Below, in pieces: positions 1-7,081 of a stretch of 38,952 nucleotides of DNA. The stretch is taken from positions 1-38,952 of the forward strand of contig CALRCB010000001.1 of the NCBI GenBank assembly GCA_943354455.1, in the 5' to 3' direction. Each line of letters begins with the position of its first letter. Positions within the stretch are counted from its first letter, which is position 1. Both the position numbers and the translations under genes were made by a program. The notes below the pieces were generated by a model, which saw only the letters and a program-made list of their open reading frames with translations, was not told the DNA's origin and searched no databases. This DNA is from Candidatus Staskawiczbacteria bacterium (GTDB lineage: Bacteria > Patescibacteriota > Minisyncoccia > Minisyncoccales > Staskawiczbacteraceae).

Positions 1-156
1 TGCAGTGTGTGTTTGAATTATAAAAAAAATTATATTTGCCATTTATTGAAAGCGGGGGAGATAACGGCACTCCGGCTTATTACCTTTCATAATCTGCATT
101 ATTTTAACAGTTACGTGGAAGAAATCCGGGGAAAGATAAAACGGGGAGAGATTTAG
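1..156 (+). CDS. tgt: 3' end of queuine tRNA-ribosyltransferase (partial, truncated by window edge)
   Basis: Frame 1 reads CSVCLNYKKNYICHLLKAGEITALRLITFHNLHYFNSYVEEIRGKIKRGEI*, matching the TGT C-terminal Zn-binding CxxC...Y..HL...E......HNL pattern. Not in the ORF track. Confidence 0.85.
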   Translation, partial: CSVCLNYKKNYICHLLKAGEITALRLITFHNLHYFNSYVEEIRGKIKRGEI

Positions 157-203
157 TATGTGTTTGTGGTATAATTAACTATAATAAATAAATTTAAAAT
201 TAT

Positions 204-812
204 ATGAAACACGAAGTTACAAAGTTGCCTTACGCATACAATGCACTTGAGCCGTATATTAGTAAAGAAATTATGATGTTGCACAATGATAAGCATCATG
301 TGGCTTATGTCAATAATTTAAATACGGCGCTTGAGCCTTATACTGATTTGGCTGAAAAATCTGCCGAAGAACTATTGATGAATTTAGATTCTGTGCCCGA
401 AGCAATTCGCACTGCCGTAAAAAACAATGCCGGGGGGCACGTAAACCACTCAATGTTTTGGGAAATTATGAAGCCAGCAGGTGGCGGAGAACCAAGTGGC
501 GTGTTGGCTGAAGAAATTGCCAAACACTTTGGCAGTTTTACTGATTTTCAAACTAAGTTTAATGAAGCCGGGGCCAAGCGGTTTGGGAGCGGATGGGTGT
601 GGTTGGTAAAAAATAAAGAAGGTGACTTGGAAATTATATCAACTGCAAATCAAGATAATCCCATGAGTGACGGATTAGCACCCATTATGGGAAATGATGT
701 TTGGGAGCACGCCTATTATTTGCAGTATAAAAATGTGAGGCCAGATTATTTAAAGGCTTGGTGGAATGTGGTCAATTGGCAAGAAGTTGAAAAAAGGTTT
801 ACAAATTCATAA
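204..812 (+). CDS. sodA: Fe/Mn superoxide dismutase
   Basis: [10 protein letters not shown], KHHxAYV, NNAGGHx[10 protein letters not shown] and DVWEHAYY motifs; metal specificity not certain. Confidence 0.95.
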   Translation: MKHEVTKLPYAYNALEPYISKEIMMLHNDKHHVAYVNNLNTALEPYTDLAEKSAEELLMNLDSVPEAIRTAVKNNAGGHVNHSMFWEIMKPAGGGEPSGVLAEEIAKHFGSFTDFQTKFNEAGAKRFGSGWVWLVKNKEGDLEIISTANQDNPMSDGLAPIMGNDVWEHAYYLQYKNVRPDYLKAWWNVVNWQEVEKRFTNS

Positions 813-823
813 ATTTAAATCAT

Positions 824-1486
824 ATGATTACATTAGAAGACGTTAAAAAAAATCCTCAAATATTAGAATATATTAATCAAACCGAAGAGGCGATGGAAGC
901 TTTGTCATATACTAATCATGGTTTGCGCCATTCTAATATCGTTTCAGATAGGGCCATGCAAATTGCCAAAAGCCTTGATTTTGAGCCACGGGAAGCGGAA
1001 TTAGCCGGCATTGCCGGTTTTTGCCACGATATGGGCAACTTTATGACCCGCACCTTTCATCATTTTTTTGGCGCTATGTTGTTTGGCCAGGTATTTACCA
1101 ATCAGTTTGACCCAAAAGAATTAGCGATGATTATGCAAGCCATTTCAAACCACGACAAAGAAGAAATGAATTTTACTCATAATATTTCTGCCATTTTGGT
1201 GTTGGCTGACAAATCTGACGTGGACAGGTCCCGGGTAACTTCACAAGATTTAAATCAGTTAAAAACAGATATTCACGACAGGGTAAATTATGCAACGACA
1301 GAAAGCAGTATAGAAATAGATGCGCCGGAAAAGCGGATTACGCTTACTTTGAAAATTGATACGAATTTTTGCCCCGTAATGGAATATTTTGAAATTTTTA
1401 CCGAAAGAATGGTGTTTTGCCGTAAAGCCGCCCAATTTTTGGGGTATGACTTTGGACTGGTGATAAATAAGTTTAAATTACTGTAA
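824..1486 (+). CDS. HD-domain metal-dependent phosphohydrolase
   Basis: H..RH, CHDMGN, NHD and LADKSD motifs. Confidence 0.85.
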   Translation: MITLEDVKKNPQILEYINQTEEAMEALSYTNHGLRHSNIVSDRAMQIAKSLDFEPREAELAGIAGFCHDMGNFMTRTFHHFFGAMLFGQVFTNQFDPKELAMIMQAISNHDKEEMNFTHNISAILVLADKSDVDRSRVTSQDLNQLKTDIHDRVNYATTESSIEIDAPEKRITLTLKIDTNFCPVMEYFEIFTERMVFCRKAAQFLGYDFGLVINKFKLL

Positions 1487-1944
1487 TGAAGCCTGAGTTT
1501 TATGTGGTGTGTGATAATGTTAGGAGTTTGGAAAATATCGGTTCAATTTTTAGGACGGCCGATGCCCTAGGGGTGACGAAAATATTTTTGTGCGGGATTA
1601 CCGGCACTCCACCTAACGATAAAATAACCAAAACCGCCTTGGGGGCGGAAAAAATTATTCCCTTTGAATATCATAAACAAACCTGGAGATTAATAGAAAA
1701 ATTAAAAAAAGATGGGATTAATATTGCGGCACTGGAGCAAGACAAAAAAAGTATTTTATATTCAAAGTTTAAGCCTAAGTTTCCGCTAGCCTTAATTATT
1801 GGACACGAAGTAAAGGGTATATCGAAAAAAAATTTAGAATTGGCCAATCATATTATTCATTTGCCAATGGTCGGCAAAAAAGAGTCGCTTAATGTATCAG
1901 TAGCATTTGGAGTTGCAGGTTATGAAATTATTAAAAGCCGTTAA
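1486..1944 (+). CDS. TrmH/SpoU family RNA methyltransferase
   Basis: NxRSxxNIGSIFRTADA, IIGHEVKG and ESLNVSVA SPOUT motifs. Confidence 0.9.
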   Translation: MKPEFYVVCDNVRSLENIGSIFRTADALGVTKIFLCGITGTPPNDKITKTALGAEKIIPFEYHKQTWRLIEKLKKDGINIAALEQDKKSILYSKFKPKFPLALIIGHEVKGISKKNLELANHIIHLPMVGKKESLNVSVAFGVAGYEIIKSR

Positions 1945-2338
1945 AAAATTTAGCAGATATTTTGCCATTTTCAGAAAGAAAAAGGTATTATTTATTACGA
2001 TTTTAGCAATCGTGGTGGTTTTTGGATTTTTTCTATATTATCGCTCCTATCTAAATCCTCCGATACCCGGCATAATTTTATTTGAGGGAGACGAATGTGC
2101 CCAGTGCGAAAGAGTGGAAACGTATATTAAAAATAATAAGGTGGAAGAAAAAGTTGTGTTTACTAGACTGGAAGTTTTTAATAACAATGCCAATATTAGT
2201 TTACTGGAAGATAAGGCGCAAAAATGCGGACTGGACTCTTCGCATATTGGAGTCCCATTTTTGTGGGACGGCGAGCATTGTATTATTGGATATATTGATG
2301 TGATTGAGTTTTTCAGGCAGAAAATATCAAAAAAGTAG
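1922..2338 (+). CDS. Membrane-anchored glutaredoxin/thioredoxin-like protein
   Basis: One hydrophobic segment followed by CAQC (CxxC) and GVPFL cis-Pro motif; ATG 1922 preferred over the track start at 1907. Confidence 0.65.
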   Translation: MKLLKAVKKFSRYFAIFRKKKVLFITILAIVVVFGFFLYYRSYLNPPIPGIILFEGDECAQCERVETYIKNNKVEEKVVFTRLEVFNNNANISLLEDKAQKCGLDSSHIGVPFLWDGEHCIIGYIDVIEFFRQKISKK

Positions 2339-2358
2339 TTTAAAACTTGACACACAGG

Positions 2359-2387
2359 TTGACCTCAAAGCTATTATAAGCTAAAAT
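2359..2387 (+). promoter_or_regulatory. Putative sigma70 promoter for the SWIB operon
   Basis: TTGACC-N17-TAAAAT upstream of 2463. Confidence 0.5.
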
Positions 2388-2462
2388 AAGCTTGTAGATA
2401 ATAATTTAACAAGGTCGAGCACAATAACATTATTTATTAATCTTTTAAAAAAATAAAAAATT

Positions 2463-2720
2463 ATGCCAGAAAAAACAAATTCAGCTTTTATGAAACCAAT
2501 GAAACTTTCTGCTGATTTAGAAGCAGTAGTTGGTAGTGGTCCAATGCCAAGAAGCCAAGTGGTAAAAAAACTTTGGGAATACATCAAGAAAAATAATCTT
2601 CAAAATCCAGCAAACAAAAGAAATATTATCGCCGATGCAAATTTAAAACCGGTATTTGGAGGAAAGGGAGAAGTTACTATGTTTGAAATGACAAAATTGG
2701 TTTCAAAACACCTCTCTTAA
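2463..2720 (+). CDS. Stand-alone SWIB/MDM2 domain protein
   Basis: LSADLEAVVG..PMPRSQVVKKLWEYIKKNNLQNPANKRNIIAD...MFEMTKLVSKHL is a typical SWIB sequence. Confidence 0.9.
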   Translation: MPEKTNSAFMKPMKLSADLEAVVGSGPMPRSQVVKKLWEYIKKNNLQNPANKRNIIADANLKPVFGGKGEVTMFEMTKLVSKHLS

Positions 2721-2744
2721 TTAACATTTAATAATTACATTTTT

Positions 2745-2909
2745 ATGACAACAGCTTACTGTGTAAAATGCAAAGAAAAAAATGCAGAGATGCAGGATGC
2801 AAAAGAAGTCCCATTTAAAAGAAAAGGTGGAAAAGTGGGAAGAGCTATGACCGGCATTCATGCAAAGTGCGGAACTAAAATGTTTAGAATCTTAGGAGCC
2901 AATGCCTAA
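2745..2909 (+). CDS. Small zinc-ribbon protein, DUF5679-like (54 aa)
   Basis: Read from DNA: MTTAYCVKCKEKNAEMQDAKEVPFKRKGGKVGRAMTGIHAKCGTKMFRILGANA*. AYCVKC...G.HxxCGTKMFRI pattern; stop overlaps the next start. Below the ORF-track cutoff. Confidence 0.8.
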   Translation: MTTAYCVKCKEKNAEMQDAKEVPFKRKGGKVGRAMTGIHAKCGTKMFRILGANA

Positions 2910-3786
2910 ATTTTCATTTAAAACGCCACTGGGTGCACTATTGTGCCTGGTGGCTGTTTTATTTATTTTAAATATTTTTGCTTGGAAAGAAGTGTTTGCC
3001 ATTGTTGGTCCGAATTATTTGACCGTGAGTGTATTGGATGTTGGTCAAGGGGACTCTATTTTTATTCAAACCCCGGCCATGCGCACGGTGCTAATTGATG
3101 GTGGGCCTGATGCCCAGGTTATGACGCGTTTGCAAAAATTATTACCCTTTTGGGAAAATCATTTGGATGTAGTGGTATTAACCCACCCCGATGCGGATCA
3201 CTTAAATGGCTTGCTATATGTGTTGCAAAAATATAAGGTTGACTATATTGTTTGGACAGGAGTTGTGCGCAATGGAGCTCAATATGAAAAGTGGATAGAA
3301 CTAGTGTCCAAAGCCAAAGAGAATGGGACTAAAATTGTTATCGTAAAATTGGGCGACCAAATAAAAAATGGTAATGTCTTGATGAATATAGTAAATCCAT
3401 TTGAAGATGTATCTGGTCAATATTTAAAAACCACCACCAATGAAACAGGAATTATTATGGAGGTGTCATATAAAGAGAATTATTTTTTACTAACCGCTGA
3501 TGTGGGGTTTAAAACCGAACAAATGTTATTGAAAAATAAGGTTGATATAAATTCAGATGTATTAAAGGTTGGTCATCATGGGTCAAAGTATTCAACCGGT
3601 GAAGAATTTTTGCGGGCGGTAAACCCTAAAATTGCCGTAATTTCTGTGGGTGGTAAGAATACTTATGGTCATCCAACGGCGGAAGTTTTGCAAAAATTGG
3701 AAAAATTTGGTATAAAAACATTCAGAACCGATCAAGATGGTACTGTTCAAATGCTATCTGACGGCAATAATATTCAAGTTAAATAA
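2902..3786 (+). CDS. ComEC/Rec2-like metallo-beta-lactamase fold protein
   Basis: N-terminal TM, then LDVGQGDS, LIDGG, THPDADH, KVGHHGS, NTYGHP and RTDQDG motifs. Confidence 0.9.
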   Translation: MPKFSFKTPLGALLCLVAVLFILNIFAWKEVFAIVGPNYLTVSVLDVGQGDSIFIQTPAMRTVLIDGGPDAQVMTRLQKLLPFWENHLDVVVLTHPDADHLNGLLYVLQKYKVDYIVWTGVVRNGAQYEKWIELVSKAKENGTKIVIVKLGDQIKNGNVLMNIVNPFEDVSGQYLKTTTNETGIIMEVSYKENYFLLTADVGFKTEQMLLKNKVDINSDVLKVGHHGSKYSTGEEFLRAVNPKIAVISVGGKNTYGHPTAEVLQKLEKFGIKTFRTDQDGTVQMLSDGNNIQVK

Positions 3787-3798
3787 AAATAAATTTTC

Positions 3799-4305
3799 AT
3801 GTCAGAAAAATTACAAAGAACATTGGTGTTATTAAAACCTGATGCATTACATCGGGGTATTGTTGGTGATATTTTGCATCGGTTTGAAAGAGTTGGGGCT
3901 AAAATGGTTGGTTTAAAAATGTTGGTTTCTGATAAGGACGCGGCATCAAGACACTATACCGAAGATTTGGCCAAAAGAAGGGGAGAGAAAGTAAGAAACA
4001 TGATGATAGAGATGATAACTTCAGGCCCAATTATTGCCATTGTGTTTGAAGGAATTGAAATTGTGGAAACGGTTAGAAAATTGGTCGGGTCAACCGAGCC
4101 AAAGTCCAGCGCACCAGGAACCATTAGGGGAGATTTTAGTCATGTTTCTTTTGAATACGCTGATGCCAAGCAAATTCCGGTGATGAATTTAATTCACGCC
4201 TCCAGCTCGCCCGAAGAAGCCGAGGTAGAAATAGGCGTTTGGTTTAAGCCAGAAGAGACAGTAGTTCATATCCCAAGTTATACCAAATATACGCTTTCAG
4301 AATAA
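3799..4305 (+). CDS. ndk: Nucleoside-diphosphate kinase
   Basis: RTLVLLKPD, PGTIRGDF and NLIHAS (catalytic His) motifs. Confidence 0.95.
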   Translation: MSEKLQRTLVLLKPDALHRGIVGDILHRFERVGAKMVGLKMLVSDKDAASRHYTEDLAKRRGEKVRNMMIEMITSGPIIAIVFEGIEIVETVRKLVGSTEPKSSAPGTIRGDFSHVSFEYADAKQIPVMNLIHASSSPEEAEVEIGVWFKPEETVVHIPSYTKYTLSE

Positions 4306-4318
4306 TGGGGTATTTTAG

Positions 4319-4350
4319 AGCAAAAACAGGCCAATTGGCCTGTTTTTGCT
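4319..4350. terminator. Bidirectional intrinsic terminator (perfect 32-bp palindrome)
   Basis: agcaaaaacaggccaa-ttggcctgtttttgct directly after ndk. Confidence 0.75.
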
Positions 4351-4399
4351 TGGCCAGACGCGAGCAAGGCCGGCTTTGCAGGATTGCCCGTCTCGGCTA

Positions 4400-4428
4400 T
4401 TGACAAACGTTGTTACTGGGTGTATAAT
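4400..4428 (+). promoter_or_regulatory. Consensus sigma70 promoter of the DGR target gene
   Basis: TTGACA(4400-4405)-N17-TATAAT(4423-4428); SD-like AAAGGA at 4483-4488. Confidence 0.8.
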
Positions 4429-4496
4429 GAAGTCATAGGGTAAATAGCTTATTTTAAGCCTATTCCCTTGTACTTTTCAATGAAAGGATGATGACG

Positions 4497-5174
4497 ATGT
4501 CCAAGACATTGATCACATCTCGCGACCCCAAAGGCCTACAAATTGCTACCCTTTTTGATGCTGCGCTCAACAAAGCGCCGCTCGATTCCGAGCGCGCCCA
4601 GCGCCTCATTGAGAGAGGAGGTGAATTCCAGGATGGTATTCTGGAGCTCGTGGCAAAACTGTCGGCCCCCGAACCAATCGCCAAGTGGACCGAAAAAGAC
4701 GGCGTCATTAAGCTGACCGTCACGTCCGATGGCAAGACCGGCCAAGAGTGGATTTCCCACTTTGAGGCCAATGGAGTCCGGCTTTCAAAATGGGCTAAGG
4801 GTGTTCTCCTGTCGCCGGACTTCAAGCCGACCAACGGTGTGACCACAAAAATCGAAGTCTTGAAGGGTTCGCTCTTTACTGACAACGATCGGATCACATC
4901 GAAGATTCGCGTCGAGGCCGATAAGCGGAAGTTTTCTAAGCCCAATGCGGAAGTCGCTTGTCTCATCCGTGACATGTTCACAGATGCAGAAATGGAAGCG
5001 ATGGGTCTTTATTGGATTGTGGTGTTCCACGAACCCATTAAGGATTCCGTTGGCGTTCCTGGCCTTCTGAGCGCGTATCGCAGTGACGATGGTCGATGGC
5101 TCGACACCGACTATGGCAAGCCTGACTACTACTGGAGTCAGGACAGCGGTTTCGCTTTCGCGTCTGGCAAGTAG
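4497..5174 (+). CDS. DGR target protein with C-terminal variable region
   Basis: The last ~43 codons are the VR. Start placed at ATG 4497 by SD spacing (track gives 4488). Function unknown; no obvious signal peptide. Confidence 0.85.
   Translation: MSKTLITSRDPKGLQIATLFDAALNKAPLDSERAQRLIERGGEFQDGILELVAKLSAPEPIAKWTEKDGVIKLTVTSDGKTGQEWISHFEANGVRLSKWAKGVLLSPDFKPTNGVTTKIEVLKGSLFTDNDRITSKIRVEADKRKFSKPNAEVACLIRDMFTDAEMEAMGLYWIVVFHEPIKDSVGVPGLLSAYRSDDGRWLDTDYGKPDYYWSQDSGFAFASGK
5043..5170 (+). repeat. DGR variable repeat (VR)
   Basis: Ungapped match to 5513-5640 (offset 470) with 16 mismatches. Confidence 0.95.
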
Positions 5175-5235
5175 GTTCTTGATGCTTATTTCCCTTTGCC
5201 CCTTTGGGCACTTGGAACATTTGCACTTTGAACGT

Positions 5236-5283
5236 GCGCTTTATGAAAAAATCACAAAGATTTTTTCATAAAGCGCTTTTTTT
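5236..5283 (+). terminator. 18-bp perfect inverted repeat plus T-tract after the target gene
   Basis: gcgctttatgaaaaaatc-acaaa-gattttttcataaagcgc-ttttttt. Confidence 0.7.
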
Positions 5284-5293
5284 ATGCTACAAT
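5265..5293 (+). promoter_or_regulatory. Putative promoter for the TR RNA / RT transcript
   Basis: TTCATA-N17-TACAAT with extended -10 TGn (tgctacaat). Confidence 0.5.
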
Positions 5294-5512
5294 ATTTGCG
5301 GTAGTAGGCGATTATGTAAAAGACTAAGGTTTTTTGCTGCCAAATCCAGTATCCATATATTGAGAATATCTTAGGCCACGGCTTTAGGTAGAGTAGTATA
5401 TGAAATTAAAAAAAAGAAGATACTTGGTGCGAGATATTAAGGCATTAAGATGCCAAATAAAATACAGTCCCAAGAATATTCAAGGGACAGTGGCACAGAT
5501 GATGTCTCGTAC

Positions 5513-5640
5513 AATTCCGATGGCGATCCTAACCTTCTGAACGCGAATCGCAATGACGATGGTCAATGGCTCAACACCAACTATGACAAGCCTGACAACA
5601 ACTGGAATCAGAACAGCGGTTTCGCTTTCGCGTCTGGCAA
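5513..5640 (+). repeat. DGR template repeat (TR)
   Basis: Has A at every mismatched position; 11 AAC/AAT codons in the target frame. Confidence 0.95.
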
Positions 5641-5646
5641 CTCTCT

Positions 5647-6090
5647 TTATTTCTCCTCCTTTTGTATATTGGAGGAGTTTTCTTTTGCAAGCTGTTTTAC
5701 TAATTGCCCGTTCCAACCGCCCAACATTTTACCGACTTCATCTATTTTTAATGACAGTGCAATATATTTTTTATTGTCTAAGGATTTTGTTTCCCAGAGA
5801 ATCATTAGGAGTATTTTTAATAAATCATTTTTCTTAATTGCAAAAACTACGTAGGGTAGTTTTTTGGTGCGGTCAAGAAAACTAGCAGTGGAAACTGCTT
5901 CTATTATTTCGACAAATAAATTATCAATACGTTGTCCTAGCGAGTGCCTGTGGACTTTTGGTAGTAATGGGTAATAATCAAACCAAGCTAAATAAGCACT
6001 TTTGGTTTTTTCTAAAATAGGCAAAAGTCGCAAGGTCTGGGGGGGGGGATTAGAAGCCCCGTTATTATTATGAAAATTATTTGCAACCAT
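5647..6090 (-). CDS. avd: Avd-like four-helix-bundle DGR accessory protein
   Basis: LPI...K.AY..W......PK..R..LGQRI...EVGKMLGGW signature and position between TR and RT. Start uncertain (ATG 6090 or TTG 6033). Confidence 0.8.
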   Translation of the reverse strand: MVANNFHNNNGASNPPPQTLRLLPILEKTKSAYLAWFDYYPLLPKVHRHSLGQRIDNLFVEIIEAVSTASFLDRTKKLPYVVFAIKKNDLLKILLMILWETKSLDNKKYIALSLKIDEVGKMLGGWNGQLVKQLAKENSSNIQKEEK

Positions 6091-7074
6091 CGGTTTGAAG
6101 ATTTAATTCATATTGAAAATCTGCTTTTGGCATGGGAAGAATTTTTGAAAGGTAAAAAACAGAAAAAAGATGTCCAGCAATTCCAGTTCAATCTTATGGA
6201 TAATATCCTATCACTGAACCGCGACCTTAGCAATGGAACGTACCGCCATGGCAAATACTACGAATTTAATATTTCTGACCCAAAACCCCGCATCATCCAC
6301 AAAGCCACCGTGCGCGACAGGTTATTGCACCACGCAGTGTATCGGGTTTTGTACCCATTTTTTGATGACACTTTCATTGCTGATTCTTTTTCCTGCCGAA
6401 TCGATAAAGGTACCCACAAAGCCATGGCCCGGTTTAAAACATTCGCCAATATTGTTTCAAGGAATAACACCAAAACCTGCTGGATATTAAAGTGCGATAT
6501 TAAAAAATTCTTTGCCAGCATAGATCAGAATATTTTGCTAAATATCTTGGATGAAAGGATTAAAGATAAAAGAATCGTTGCCGTATTACAGAATATTATT
6601 GAAAGTTTTAATTCGGGCAGGCCGAGAACCGGCCTGCCGTTGGGAAACTTAACCAGCCAGTTATTCTCCAATGTGTACATGAATGAATTTGACCAGTTTG
6701 TAAAACATAAGCTAAAACTGAAATACTACATCAGGTATGCTGATGACTTTGTAATATTTTCCGATGATAAAACATATTTGGAGCAGGTAATTATGCTGAT
6801 GGCAGAATTTTTGCACGATACCCTAAAACTTACTTTGCACCCCGATAAAATTTACATCAAAACTCTGGCCCAAGGAGTGGACTTTTTGGGCTGGGTGCAC
6901 TTTTTTGACCACCGGGTGTTGCGGACGGTGACTAAAGACAGGATGTTTAAAAAGTTAGAAAAAACTAGAAAGCCACAAGTGCTGGCTTCGTATTTGGGAT
7001 TGTTGGGGTATGGGGATACCGGGAATATTAAAGAAAAAGTTTTCCACTTGACTGGGTTTTTTAAAAAATTATAA
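6070..7074 (+). CDS. DGR-type reverse transcriptase
   Basis: PKPRII, RDRLLHH, KGTH, LKCDIKKFF, GLPLGNLTSQ (DGR-type SQ), YIRYADDF and DFLGW motifs; 334 aa with no maturase or endonuclease extension. Confidence 0.95.
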   Translation: MKIICNHRFEDLIHIENLLLAWEEFLKGKKQKKDVQQFQFNLMDNILSLNRDLSNGTYRHGKYYEFNISDPKPRIIHKATVRDRLLHHAVYRVLYPFFDDTFIADSFSCRIDKGTHKAMARFKTFANIVSRNNTKTCWILKCDIKKFFASIDQNILLNILDERIKDKRIVAVLQNIIESFNSGRPRTGLPLGNLTSQLFSNVYMNEFDQFVKHKLKLKYYIRYADDFVIFSDDKTYLEQVIMLMAEFLHDTLKLTLHPDKIYIKTLAQGVDFLGWVHFFDHRVLRTVTKDRMFKKLEKTRKPQVLASYLGLLGYGDTGNIKEKVFHLTGFFKKL

Positions 7075-7075
7075 T
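7048..7075 (+). promoter_or_regulatory. Sigma70 promoter for the downstream ncRNA
   Basis: TTGACT-N16-TATAAT overlapping the last RT codons and stop. Confidence 0.65.
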
Positions 7076-7081
7076 TAAGAT

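Larger units (their letters stand above)
4400..7074. mobile_element. Diversity-generating retroelement (target+VR, TR, avd, RT)
   Basis: 128-bp repeat pair differing only at TR adenines, DGR-type RT and Avd-like gene all within about 2.7 kb. Confidence 0.95.

Noticed and set aside
5083..5837. Twin ORFs MTMVDGSTPT... (5083) and MTMVNGSTPT... (5553)
   Set aside because: Alternative-frame shadows of the VR/TR repeat.
5450..5854. 134-aa + strand ORF resembling the target C-terminus
   Set aside because: It is the TR read in the target frame (Asn-rich) running into the antisense of avd. TRs are usually open in that frame, so it is not called as a gene or paralog.
6070..7074. RT as group II intron, retron or CRISPR-associated RT
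   Set aside because: No maturase or endonuclease domain, retron VTG motif, intron domain V or cas1 seen; the SQ motif and TR/VR pair point to a DGR.
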